Shown one piece after another: positions 39,634 to 52,277 of a stretch of DNA of 64,000 nucleotides (position 1 is its first letter; every line of letters begins with the position of its first letter). Source of the stretch: Hormiphora californensis (Eukaryota > Animalia > Ctenophora); the NCBI GenBank assembly GCA_020137815.1, contig CM035353.1, positions 5,890,001 to 5,954,000 on the forward strand. The letters are read 5' to 3'. A program made the translations under genes and the position numbers. Under the pieces are notes generated by a model. The model made no database searches, had not been told where the DNA came from, and saw nothing but the letters and a program-made list of their open reading frames with translations.

Positions 39634-42600
39634 ATGTGGCCAGTTTATCTGCTAGTGCTGACTATAACTGGTCAGTGTGTTACTTATGTCAACTGTGATG
39701 TCCACAACTGTAGCATACAAGAAACTGGTCCATTTCTTGCTAACTCATGCTCGACTGAACCAGGATTTGAAACATTTCAGTGCCCCAACTCAAGCCTCAC
39801 CTTTGGAGCGTTCTCAAAATATTCATCTGTTTCAGGAACTATTTCATTACAAAGGTTTCCGAATCCAGCTGTTTGATTCTCCTCCTGTATGCGGTCGTTT
39901 GTGCTGGAATGCTAAGGAACATGCCTACCAGTTTGTAGATGAGCAATGCTGCCCTGAGGATGAGGACTTCAAGAAATTGGATTCTAATTACAGTTACACC
40001 ATGCCTCGCTTTCCTCATCTGAGCTTCCCTATTCGCCCCAATCTTGTGTGCGATGGGAAGTGTGATTATGGATTTGATGACTTCAAAAAAATGAATTGGA
40101 AGTGCGTTGATGAGGCGGATTGCAATGGTTTCTCATATGGTGTCACTACATATATTGGAATCTTTCCCCTAACTTTCCATTTCTACGAGGATCAAGATAT
40201 GACTGATTTAATACAATTCGATAAAAGTTGTTCAGAGGTTAAAAAAATCCAATTTCCGCTAAACAACCGTACTCGTTGTTTTTATTTACAGCGTTATTTC
40301 GATTCGGTAGGAATTTCGTTTGATGTCGGTAACAGTCAGTACAAACCGTACTGTACTAATGGACATGATCAGACCAACTGTTCCTACTCGGGGTTTGTAG
40401 CTGGGAAATGCATGGTAGATGGATTCCCCACCACAATTTCAACCCACATCCTGTGTGTTAGAGATGTGCCGATCCTGTGCGATGACAAACTGGATGGGAA
40501 GTGTTTTACAACTGATCGTCATTGCCGCGTTCACAAACACCGACTCTGTGATGGTCACAGCGATTGTAGTTCAGATACGGATGAGAAACTTGATATCTGT
40601 AGCAGGCTCACAGAAAGGAGTTGTAAACGAAGGATGACTCAGGTAACATCTCTACTTCCCATTCCTTACAATGGATACAAGACGGCATCGTAGATTGTGA
40701 AGGGGGAGAGGATGAGGAGGTCAGCTGGGAGAGATGTGGAACAGGATCTTACAAAACAGGATCCAGAGAGATGGACAATGTAGCGATGTCTTCTTGGTCG
40801 ACGGCGGAGGGCATTAAAATACCTGGAGCTGGAAGAAGTTTGTGCAACTGCAGCAACATCGGAGGGAGGAAGGAAAAGCTGCCAGAACTCCCATTCAGGC
40901 GTGACTAGATCTTGCTTTACCGAAACTGTTAAAGGTAACGATCGAATAATACGGAGTGGGTGGTGCCAAAAAGGATTGGAAGCATTAAGAGAGCTAATCG
41001 GTGACACATGTACTGAAAAGGATTTCATTCATCCATTTCATGAGTTTGAAGGTAAAACTCTCACAACTCGACTAACTGTCTCTCAACTTCAAAGTGATTG
41101 CCGCTATTCTTTGGTAAACAGATGTCTTAAAAAGTTGCAGTGGCCAGTGTCATAACACAAAGTGTCCTCTGAAAAAACCAATCCTGCACTCATCTTGTGG
41201 AAATATCAAGAATACACAGTATTCCATTGCACAACCTGGTGTCACTGTGATAGAAAAAGACAGATACGGCTATCACAATAACTTCTTTGCGTGTAACAAC
41301 TTCCTATGTATACCATTTTCCGATGTTTGTGATTTGGTGGACGACTGCGGGGATGGGTCAGACGAAGAGAATTGCGAAAACAGTGTGAAATGCAGCGAAA
41401 ACAGTAGATACGTAACGGTTAGTCAAATGTGCGATGGGACTATTGATTGTCCTGATTTTTCGGACGAATGCAACAGTGTTTGCCATCGAAAGTCGATTGA
41501 AAATACCGGAATCATGGTTTGTGCAACTATAATGGGTATAATCGGGACAGTGTTGAGTTTAGTCCAGATCTTTAAAAGTATCTACTGGGATGAGCCTTCA
41601 AAGACGGACAGTTCGTTTGTAAATAAAGTTTTTTCCACCCTCATTGCACTGGGTGACTTCCTTACATCGTCGTATCTACTGATTCTGGTAGCTTTTCACT
41701 GGGCTTATCAAAATAGTTTCTGTGAGAAGCAACTAGCTTGGGTTAGCAGCTGGCCTTGTGAGATCATTGGGGTTATCAGCACAACAGGCACCACCATCAC
41801 GTCTCTATCCATGGCTGTAGTCAGTCTCTTCAAGCTCCAGGGAACTACACGTGGTCTGCGATACCGGAGGTCCAAGGATATCAACCAGAAGTTCAAAAAA
41901 AGTATTCCTTATGGTATTGGAATTAGTTTCGTGGCAGTCAGTTTTGCTGTTACCCCCATCATACCCAACTTTGAGGATGGCTTCGTGAACGGGATTACCT
42001 ACGAAGATGCAGCTCAGCTCTTCCTGGGAGTGATGACAAAAGAGAAGCTCCTACCGATTATCCAGGGATACCATGGCACCAGGATGATCACTAGATCCGA
42101 GACTGACCTATCCTGGACGAGGATCAGGGGTATTGTGAGCAGCATGTTTACTACAGATAACGGAGGAGTACAGCACAAGAAGTTATCCTTCTATGGAAAT
42201 GATCCGGTTTGCTTGTTCAAGTTCTTTGTCCTTCCAGATGATCCCCAGCTAACATTTGTATGGTCATATATTTCGCTGCAATTCGCTTGCTTCCTAACTG
42301 TGGCTGTCTGTCACACTGTCATTGCGGTTCTGGTAGCACGGAACAACTCTGTGGATGGGAGCAATCTTACATCGAAAGTCAACCGGAAAATTATGCTTGT
42401 TTGTGCCACGGATTTCTGTGCTGGATGCCGTTTCTGATTTGCTGTTCTCTCCACACAGCCGAGGTGGTCGATATGTCACCATGGTACCAGGTTTTCTCAC
42501 TCACCATTATGCCCATAAATTCTGTCATCAATCCTCTGCTCTACAACAGCGAAACCTTATCCGCCGTACTGAAATTCTGCAAGGAAAAGTTTAGGAGTTC

Positions 42601-42676
42601 TACCGCTGAACAAGATATCCCTGAGCAACTACCAAGTAAATTACTCAGTTCGATAGACAGACTTTGTAAAAAGTAG
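39634..42676 (+). pseudogene. Intronless LDLa-repeat 7TM receptor (GRL101/RXFP-like TM domain, no LRRs) broken by several frameshifts: pseudogene or consensus errors
   Basis: Signal peptide at 39634. LDLa-like modules CDGKCD..CVDEADC, CDGHSDCSSDTDE, DGIVDCEGGEDE, CDLVDDCGDGSDEENC, CDGTIDCPDFSDEC. 7TM with LALGDFL-like TM2, DFLCWMPF and PINSVINPLLY. Pieces lie in different frames (39634, 39677, 40901, 41247, 42260 ORFs). Confidence 0.75.
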
Positions 42677-42754
42677 CCCTAATAACTCTGTTAAACAGAT
42701 CGGGTTCTTATCGACAGGCCGATGTTTAAAAGTTTACGTTCACTATGATGGCTG

Positions 42755-42876
42755 GTTCACCTGCACACATCAACGTTAAAATTAAGATTAAAATTTTGAT
42801 TTTAACGCCGCACACACCAGCGGCCGTTAACGCGCCAGTTTGACGGGTGTTAAAATTTTAACACGTCGTCCAACTG
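42755..42876. mobile_element. Partial copy of the 5947-6112 repeat
   Basis: Reverse-complement match to 6030-6112 plus the same GCCAGTTTGACGGGTGTTAAAATTTTAACAC hairpin. Confidence 0.65.
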
Positions 42877-42897
42877 ACTCCTGGTACCACTCATGGA

Positions 42898-43902
42898 TGT
42901 TGGCTCCTTGTATTCTACAAGTTTCCAACTTAGTATAAACCTAGACTAGGAACTTGTGTACCCAATTTACTTGTTTATTATCTGGGATATTGGTACTTGG
43001 AACGAAGCCAGATGGAACGAAGCCAGATGGAATGATGCCAGATGGAACGGTGCCAACCGGAAGTGGAGACAATAGGATGATCTAATGTTGGAACGATGCC
43101 AACCGGACGTGGAGACAATAGGATGATTTAATGTTGAGTGAAGACAATAGAATGATGTAATGGTAGAGACAGTTTTGTGAGTGAGAGTGTTATAAAATAT
43201 AAGGGGAAGATAGTGTTGTACGTGACCGTTGTTTACTAGAGTCGGAGCAGAGATCTATTGTTTAGAGATTGACCAATCAGAGTTAAGTTATTGTTCTTGA
43301 TGAACCAATCAGGTTTTAGGATTTATCTCACGCGTTATTTAGAGATTGTTAGAATAACTAAGGGAAGAGAGAATCACGCGTTATGAAGATATCGAGTATA
43401 AAAGATGGTTATTTTGATTTGAGACCTCAGTTGGGTTTAGGCCCAGTCGGGGTTGGGCTAGGGTAGAGTAGAGATCACTAGCAGAGGTCACTAGAAATAT
43501 CACACCCAACACTGCTTAACTTCCGACAAGCCTCACAGGATGAGGATCTCGGGCAAGAAGTAGTAAGTTGGTAGATATCATAAAGAGATACATTTTAGCC
43601 ATACTCAACACCGACACTACGTCTGACAAGCCTCACAGGATGAGGATCTCGGGCAAAACGTAGTGGCGGTGGTTCCGGCCATGAGATCATAGTTAGACTT
43701 TACACAGAGATTAGAGACGCATGTTGATGCTGGCCAACGCATGACTTTTACTATTTATTGAATTGACCGCTCGTTGCTTATTGTAAATACACTAATTATT
43801 TATGCCTTATTAAAGACCGCGTTTTAGGTGGTAACCAATCCGTTTTGATTAACAACCTGTCGGAACTTAGCATAAGAACCACGCATATGTAAAGCGCCGA
43901 CA
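42898..43902 (+). repeat. 5' LTR
   Basis: TGTTGGCTCC...GCGCCGACA; direct repeat of 51287-52277. Confidence 0.95.
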
Positions 43903-43906
43903 GAAA

Positions 43907-43925
43907 TGGTGACAGAAGCTTGGGT
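43907..43925 (+). promoter_or_regulatory. Primer-binding site (tRNA-Leu-like)
   Basis: TGGTGACAGAAGC 4 nt after the 5' LTR, resembling the common Gypsy PBS TGGTGTCAGAAGTGG. Confidence 0.7.
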
Positions 43926-46900
43926 TTTAGGAGATCATTAGTACAACTTTAGTTGCTAAAATTGTAGCCATAGTTTTGAATACAATAGTTTTATTGCTTG
44001 AAGAATGAAGAATTTAATTTAAATACGCTAAGATACGCTAAATTGCAATTATATAATTGAGGACTGGAAACTATCTATACAGGTATAGCTAAATGCAGTC
44101 AGCTGATTGATATTAGTATATAGCCAGTTTGAATAGCACAGTTTCACTGATATATGCAAGAGTAGATAGATTGAGGAGTAAAATTTGGTAATTAAATAGC
44201 TCTAAGCGAGCGAAGCGCGTGCGCAACCAGCGCGCCCGACGAAGCGTTTAAGGCATATTGCATGAATTATATTATTAATAGGTCATATTTTGGTGGACCG
44301 GACTTCATGGCTATTGTAAGAGGAAGGACATATCTATCATTTGGAATCTTTTATTTGGAACAGTGGAATATCCGTGGATTATATATAAATTTTGCATGAA
44401 TTTTGAATTTAGGGCATGTAGCTTGCTATTTAGTTTTATCAGAGATGAGACCGAGCGAAGAACAACCATTTGGTGCTAGAAGGAAGATGGCGAAGAGGAA
44501 GCGAAAGGAGAGAGATGAGTGAGGACTGAACATGAAGACTGTAGCAACTAACAGGTTAGAGCTATTGGCAATTGGCTGTACTAGTAGATTACTATTATTG
44601 ATTTTGCATGAAACTTAGCATGAGTAGGTAGCACTAGTATTCGCGACTCTGCGCAGGCTCGATACAATTTTGGAAAGTAGTATATAAAGCTAATGAAAAT
44701 TTTGAGTTCCAGAGTACACAGAAAGACACAAACTACCTATAAATAGATGTCGCGTGGAACATTTTAAAGAAAGAATTAAGATGGGATAGATAGGAGGTGC
44801 AAGGGAATAGTTGATTAGGCTTTGAAGTTTGATGCTAGGAAGTATCGTTGTGATATGTGAAGTCGCTACACGGGTTTAGTTGGTGTATAAGTCATTTGCA
44901 GACTGTAGACATCGCATGTTGTTGTATAAAGGACCCGGAAGTTAGGGAGTATACATAATACAATGGTTTAGTATAGCAAATAGAGACATAGTCCATATAA
45001 CAAGGAGATCTTACAAGATAGTAGTAGGGAGAAGATTGTAGGGGGTGTAGTTGTCATTAAAATTTGGTGCTTTGGAAGTAATTGATAAGGTTTTAGGGCC
45101 ATAAATTCTTCTGAGCTGTTGATCAATTGAGAGATGAGAGAAGCAGACTTGATAGGAGCGGCATTGGAGGAGAAATGTCTTCAGGAGAAATAGTAGGATC
45201 ATACTGGGGTAGTGCTAAAATAACTTGACATTTTCAAAGAAAAGGAAGAAGTAGACATGAAGTAGAAATAAATTAAACTAGAAGAAAATAGTGGGATTTA
45301 GGACTATCATTGATTCTAGAGTTGATAAGAAATATAATAATTGAACACACTATAACTTTATTCTGAGATGGACTAACATGGACAATCGAGAAGGAGTTGC
45401 TAGAGTTATAAATATAAGGCCAAAATTTTGACGGGTTGTGATAATAGTAGGAGGAGAAGATAAATGATATGACGGGATAACATAGTTTAGAGAAAAGTAG
45501 ACAATTGAAGGGGTATCAGTTCAGTGAACAAGCTCTAAAAAAAAAAAATTGCATATTAACTGATGGAAATTGGTGCTATAAGCTGATAATCATATGAAAG
45601 GGATTCGAGGAATAAACAGGTGAATTGAGATACGTAAAGTGGATATATGTAGAAATAAGGAGATAAGGGGTCGAGTGGCGCCCGAGAGCACTAAGATCAC
45701 CGGCTGGTAAATGAGTTAATTGTTCGAATTATGAAATGGATTTAATGAAATCAGGAGAGCACAATGAATTCATTGAAAATTTTCTTGGATTTGGTGGGAT
45801 TTTAATCAATCGTATAAGGAGTTGCCTGCCTTTGATGGATTTGAAGTCTTATTCGGATCTGAAAGGTGACTGATTAATTGTATACAAGGTCTGTCACAGC
45901 TATGTTGGAGAATTTTGAGTTACGGCCGTAGTTTTACCGGGATTTTACACAGGAGTAACTGATCATTACGAATGTGTCATGATGAGAGCTGATCACTCTT
46001 ATCTAAGATGGGATTCTGGCAAATTTCTCTAGCAAAACATAAAAGCATGCTTAATTGGCTTATTAAATAATAATCTAAGGAAGTTAAAGTTAAGATTTAA
46101 GGAAATGAAGTTGATATATAATAAGGAAGTTTATGTTTAAGGAAGTTAATATTTAGAGAAGTTAAAGTAAGGTATAAAGCACCGGTTTCAGTGATTGAGA
46201 AGTTTTAAAAGATGATATCAGCAATTGAGCAGTTTCGGAAAGAGCTTATACTATCAACGTCATGTCGTGATACCCTTGAAATAGTAAAATAGCTATAGGA
46301 TCTAGTAATAGGAAGCCAAATAGTGTTTGGTCTCTGGGCTACCATGTGGAAGGGTCAATTAGGTTCAGGAGGGAGGAAAGTTTAAAAATAAGAAGAGTGT
46401 TTAATGAAAGCAAACGAATGTTGAGATTTTTGTTTATAGGTAACTAGCAGGGAAAATTATGGGAAAATTTGATACTTGTCCAAAAAAGGAGATGTAAGAG
46501 TTAAGATTGGGATATAGAGCAAAGATGAACCATCGATATGGCTGCAAATTGGAACTAGGTGGGGGTTAGAAATATTATTATTGATAGTTAGTGATGGAAG
46601 CTGATCAAATAAGCTGAATTTGTGAAAAGTAAAGTAGGGTCGATCGTTTATGTAGTTTTCCAATGCACCCTCCTATCTAACACGCCCCATAACGAATCTA
46701 CAGAAGAAGCAGAAGTATGACATACTGCCTAGTGCCTACGGAACGTTTGGAGACAGATATGAGACACTTTGAGGACATATTGAGCACAAATTGATGACAA
46801 ATTGACGACAAATTGAGAACACATTGAAGACTAGAATGTGAACAGCTATATTTAGTATAAGAACTAAGAAATTAAACTAGTGAACCAGGGGAGGTCCGGC

Positions 46901-47369
46901 CAATTTGAGAGTGGAAGTCAGAGAAAATATACGATTTTCTAGAATAGAAGGTATCAGTTTAATTTGGAAATTAGATTGAACACAATATGGTACTTAAATA
47001 AAAGAACTCAATGTTGTGGCCGTGTAGTGTACATGTTAGAATAGAAAGAGTTTTAAGTAGAACTAGTATGAAAAGAAAAGAGAAGTTTGAAAAGAAAAGA
47101 AAAGAAAAGACAAGTTAAAATAGATAAGTTAAGTTAACATTTAAAAAATTAAACAATTAAAACAATTTGTTAAGACTAATTACAAATCAGTTAGAGCCTT
47201 ATATCAATATCGGATTAAATTATAGATTCGGTAGCCAATGAGGGGGAGCGGACACGCTTTTGTTGTTGGGAACTGACTATGTAAAGCCTATCGTAGAGTT
47301 CTCTCTAGCGGAGGTGGTCTAGCTTCCTCTCGTGTAACCGAACCTAATTATCTGATATAATATGTAGAA

Positions 47370-48075
47370 TTTTAGTTAAGTTTAGTTAAATTAAGTTGAG
47401 TAATGTTTAGTTAAGATAAATTGAGTTAAGTTTAGTTGAGTTACGTTAAATTGAGTTAAGTTAAGTTAAGTTAAGTTTAGTTGAATTAAGTTAAGTTAAG
47501 TTAAGTTAGGTTAAGTTGGGTTAAGTTGAGTTAGTGTAAGTTGAGTTAAGTTAGGTTAGGTTAAGTTAAGTTAAGTTAAGTTAAATTAAGTTAAGTTAAG
47601 TTAAGTTAGGTTAAGTTGGGTTAAGTTAAGTTAAGTTGAGTTGAGTTAAGTTGGGTTAAGTTAAGTTAGGTTAAGTTAAGTTGAGTTGAGTTAGTTGAGT
47701 TGAGTTGGTTAAGTTAAGTTAGTTACAGTTAGTTAGTTAAGTTAAGTTGAGTTAAATTGAGTAAGTTAAGTTAAGTTAAGTTGAGTTAAGTTCAATGAGT
47801 TAAGTTGAGTTAAATTGATTAAGTTAAGTTGAGTTAAGTTGAGTTGAGTTGAGTTGAGTTGAGTTGAATTGAGTTAAGTTAAGTTGAGTTAATTTAAATT
47901 TAGTTAAGTTTAGTTGAGTTACGTTAAGTTTAATTAAGTTGAGATAAGTTGAGTTAAGTTGAGCTAAGTTGAGTTAAGTTTAATTAAGTTGAGATAAGTT
48001 GAGTTAAGGTGAACTAAGTGAGTTAAGTTAAGTTAAGTAGTTGAGTTAAGCTGAGTTAGGTTGACTTACGCTAGG
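47370..48075. repeat. (AAGTT)n pentamer satellite inside the LTR element
   Basis: AAGTT/GAGTT/AGGTT/GGGTT units; degenerate periodicity continues to ~49100. Confidence 0.92.
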
Positions 48076-49159
48076 TTAGATTAAACAAGATAAGTAATAG
48101 TGGAGTAATTTAAAATTTAACTAGGAAATGTCAAGTTAAGTTACGTTAGAGTAAAATAAGTCGAGTAAAATAAATTTAAATTATTTTAAATTAAGTAGGA
48201 GTATAATAGTTTAAGTTAGGGTAAGTTAAATTAGGGTTATTTGTATGATACAGGAGGCAGATAAGTTAAGTGGAATTAAGTGAATTGAGCATACTTAAGT
48301 ATTAGATTACGTTCGGCTGTTAAGTAAAGTATATAATCTAAATGGAATTGAGTGGAGTGGGTCCAGTTGTGTTAGATAAGTTAGGATAGGGTAGTGAATT
48401 CTAATGGAAGTTAAATTGAGGCACAGTTAAGTTAAAATATATTAGTAAGGACGAGTAAGTGTTAATTAAATTAGGAGGGGTCGAAACAAGTAGAGTTGAG
48501 CAAAGTTAATTTTTAAGTTGAGTAAATTATAGAGCTAGATTAAAGTTGAGATAGGACATATATAATAGAATAGTTTGGTTACGTTAAGTCAAATAAGTTA
48601 AACTAGGTTAAGTTAAGTTAATTAGAATAGGTCGAATACTAAAAGTGAGCGTCGGACGTCAGTTGATTGAAAACAAATAATGCTAATTTAAGTTAGGGTT
48701 TCAAGTTGAAATAATACGCTTGAAATTTAAATAGGCTAAAATAAGTTACGTAAGTCTAATGATTTCATTTGGTTATCAAAGTAAAGACAGGTGAATTAGA
48801 AGGAAGTCTGATTAAATTAAAATAAGTTTAGTTTAGTCGAGTTAAGTAAAGGTTTATATAATCAAATAAAGTAAGGGAGTATAAGTTATGCCATAAGGTT
48901 AGTAATCATTAGGAAATTTAAATTACATTTAGTCCAATTAAGTAAATAAATTAATAAATAAGTTACTGAGTAAGTGAATAAGTAGTAAATAAGTTATCAA
49001 ATAAGTATTAATTGTAATTGTAATAACATACGATTTTATAACATAAAATAAAAAGGCAAGGCTTAATAAAATTTTCATTAAATAAATTATTAGGAAAGAT
49101 ATAATGTGATTAAGTTTGTAAGTAAAGTAGTAAGTGGCCGTTACGAGTCGAGACAATAC

Positions 49160-49665
49160 AATAAAGACAAAGACAAGGTAGCAGTGGAAAGTTAGTAATG
49201 AAAAAATGACAAAGACAAAGACAAGGTATCAGTGGAAAGTTAGTAATGACAAAATGACAAAGACAAAGACAAGGTAGCAGTAGAAAGTTAGTAATGACAA
49301 AAAGACAAAGTCAATGAAAAAGTAGAAGTGACAAGGTTATGATGACAAGTTAACAAGACAAGTAGAAGTGACAAGGTAGATGGCAAGTAGAATTGAAATG
49401 ACAAGGTAGAGGTAGAAGTGACAAGTTATGATGACAAGGTAGAAGTGACAAAGTTATGGTGACAAGTTAACAATGACAAGGTAGAAGTGACAAGGTTATG
49501 ATGACAAGGTAGAAGTGACAAAGTTATGATGACAAGTTAAGAATGACAAGGTAGAAGTGACAAGGTAGAAGTGACAAAGTTATGATGAGAAGTTAACAAT
49601 GACAAGGTAGAAGTGACAAGGTTATGGTGACAAAGTAGTAGTGACAAGGTTATGATGAAAGGTAA
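49160..49665. repeat. GACAAGGTAGAAGT-based minisatellite inside the LTR element
   Basis: Repeated TGACAAGGTAGAAGTGACAAAGTTATGA units. Confidence 0.85.
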
Positions 49666-50599
49666 TACTAAGGGAATACGATAAGTGAGGAGACAGAACA
49701 TTCAGAGGAGCAAAAATCAATATGAAATCGAAAGACCCGACAGACATTTAAAATAGACCGTGGGTTCGAAGCAGAGACACAAACAAAACAACGATAGATA
49801 AATACAGAACTCAGATCGTACAGTGGAAACGAAATTGAGGAAAGAAGAAGAAAGAAGAGGAGCAAAGAAGTGTGAAAACACCCTGAATTAACCACAGATA
49901 GAGAAGTTACCGATCATACACTAAAGTAACATTAAAAAGACAACAGGGGAGCCGAATATGAATCGACCATGCCAAAATATCGGATTGAAATTCCGAACAC
50001 TTGAACAGGCAATGACGACTCATGAATACATCGTAAAAGTGGGAGTTACTGAAAACGATGAGTGGTGATGAAACGAAAATAAAGATAGATGTGGAATACG
50101 ATGGAAATTCAATGATTAATATATCCGCGAAAGATAGGACTGTCTAGAAAGATCAGAGTGTGAGGGAGTTTGAATAAAGTAGCATAGAAGAATTTATGAG
50201 TAAAAGTATGGATTTTAAAGAACGAAGAAGTGAGTAGGATAAATTTAGTTTGATAAGAGAGTAGAGTATGAGGTAGAGGTGAAGAATTTTATTTTAAACA
50301 TATCAGAAGGTGTGTTGAGAAAGTTGGAAAGGACAATTTCAATTCTGAAAGAGGGGATGAGTCTACTCTGTCCCCGACAGGAAACTACTGCGAAAGTAAC
50401 TCAACTGATAGCGAACTGCAACAACGGGTTCAATGGTTACCAATTTCCCATAAAGAAACCCCAATCACGGGGAGAAGAAAACTGCACGAAGACCTAAGTA
50501 GTGAGACAGCGGTGCCATTTTACCTGCTGCTGACCTAGAACTAGGAGGAAAACCAACAGAGCGACGACTTGGCAGCTGCAAAGAATAGAATCGCGAGCT

Positions 50600-51015
50600 G
50601 ATCGGAATTACTAACCAGAGGGAAACAGTAACCCCCCGGGAGAAAGACTGTCAATGGAGAACTCGGGGAGAAAGATACTCCAGGCGATGGATACCCAGCA
50701 AGCCAAAATGATGAGGGAACCACGTGTGGTAAAAAAATAAACCAGTACATTGAGGAAACTGAATGAGCTATCTGAGGATTTAGTGGGCGTTCTAGTGATA
50801 CATATGAATTGCCTGGTATAGCACCAGCTCCCCAAATCGTAATGGGCCGAAGCAGCTGGCAATATACCATACCGTCATCACTTGTGAACATAATCCATGA
50901 TATCTGTATGATTGACGATGTAGTGGTTACCAGCAAACAGGAAGACAAACAGAAGTTACTGGACAACTTGAGGAACGTTAGTGAATCGATGGAAGCAATT
51001 GACTTCCAGATATAG
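50600..51015 (+). pseudogene. Degenerate Gypsy reverse transcriptase fragment
   Basis: ORF 50809: MPGIAPAP...ICMIDDVVVTS..E...LLDNLRNV resembles the Gypsy RT motifs PFG..AP and YxDD. Confidence 0.5.
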
Positions 51016-51286
51016 ACAGAATGTCAACTCTGTCACCGACAGGAAACTACCAGGAAAGACAATCTAAGTGTCTGATCCTAAATTAAAGATCAGAGAAAGA
51101 ATTTCGTTGCTTGAGAGGAAGGGGTGATGTCGGAACCATGAATTCATCATGGATCCTCCTAAAAAGATCAGAAAAGGAATTTCGTTGCTTGAGAGAAAGG
51201 GGTGATGTCGGAGCCATGAATTCATCATGGATCCTCCTTGATTAAAGACCAGAAAAGGAATTTCGTTGCTTGAAAGAAGGGGGTGA

Positions 51287-52277
51287 TGTTGGCTCCTTGT
51301 ATTCTACAAGTTTCCAACTTAGTATAAACCTAGACTAGGAACTTGTGTACCCAATTTACTTGTTTATTATCTGGGATATTGGTACTTGGAACGAAGCCAG
51401 ATGGAACGAAGCCAGATGGAATGATGCCAGATGGAACGGTGCCAACCGGAAGTGGAGACAATAGGATGATCTAATGTTGGAACGATGCCAACCGGACGTG
51501 GAGACAATAGGATGATTTAATGTTGAGTGAAGACAATAGAATGATGTAATGGTAGAGACAGTTTTTGTGAGTGAGAGTGTATAAAATATAAGGGAAGATA
51601 GTGTTGTACGTGACCGTTGTTTACTAGAGTCGGAGCAGAGATCTATTGTTTAGAGATTGACCAATCAGAGTTAAGTTATTGTTCTTGATGAACCAATCAG
51701 GTTTTAGGATTTATCTCACGCGTTATTTAGAGATTGTTAGAATAACTAAGGGAAGAGAGAATCACGCGTTATGAAGATATCGAGTATAAAAGATGGTTTT
51801 TGATTTGAGACCTCAGTTGGGTTTAGGCCCAGTCGGGGTTGGGCTAGGGTAGAGTAGAGATCACTAGCAGAGGTCCACTAGAAATATCACACCCAACACT
51901 GCTTAACTTCCGACAAGCCTCACAGGATGAGGATCTCGGGCAAGAAGTAGTAGTTGTAGTATCAAAAGAGATAATTTTAGCCATACTCACACCGACACTA
52001 CGTCTGACAAGCCTCACAGGATGAGAGCGGGCAAAACGTAGTGGCGGTGGTCCGGCCATGAGATCATAGTTAGATTAAACAGAGATTAGAGACGCATGTT
52101 GATGCTGGCCAACGCATGAATTTTACTATTTATTGAATTGACCGCTCGTTGCTTATTGTAAATACACTAATTATTTATGCCTTATTAAAGACCGCGTTTT
52201 AGTTGGTAACCAATCCGTTTTGATTAACAACCTGTCGGAACTTAGCATAAGAACCACGCATATGTAAAGCGCCGACA
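51287..52277 (+). repeat. 3' LTR
   Basis: Direct repeat of the 5' LTR, preceded by a PPT and followed by TSD TGGA. Confidence 0.95.

Larger units (their letters stand above)
42898..52277 (+). mobile_element. Non-autonomous Gypsy-type LTR retrotransposon derivative (LARD-like), 9.4 kb
   Basis: LTRs 42898-43902 and 51287-52277 (TG...CA, nearly identical), 4-bp TSD TGGA, PBS TGGTGACAGAAGC at 43907, PPT GAAAGAAGGGGG at 51272. No long internal ORF; only RT remnants. Confidence 0.92.
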
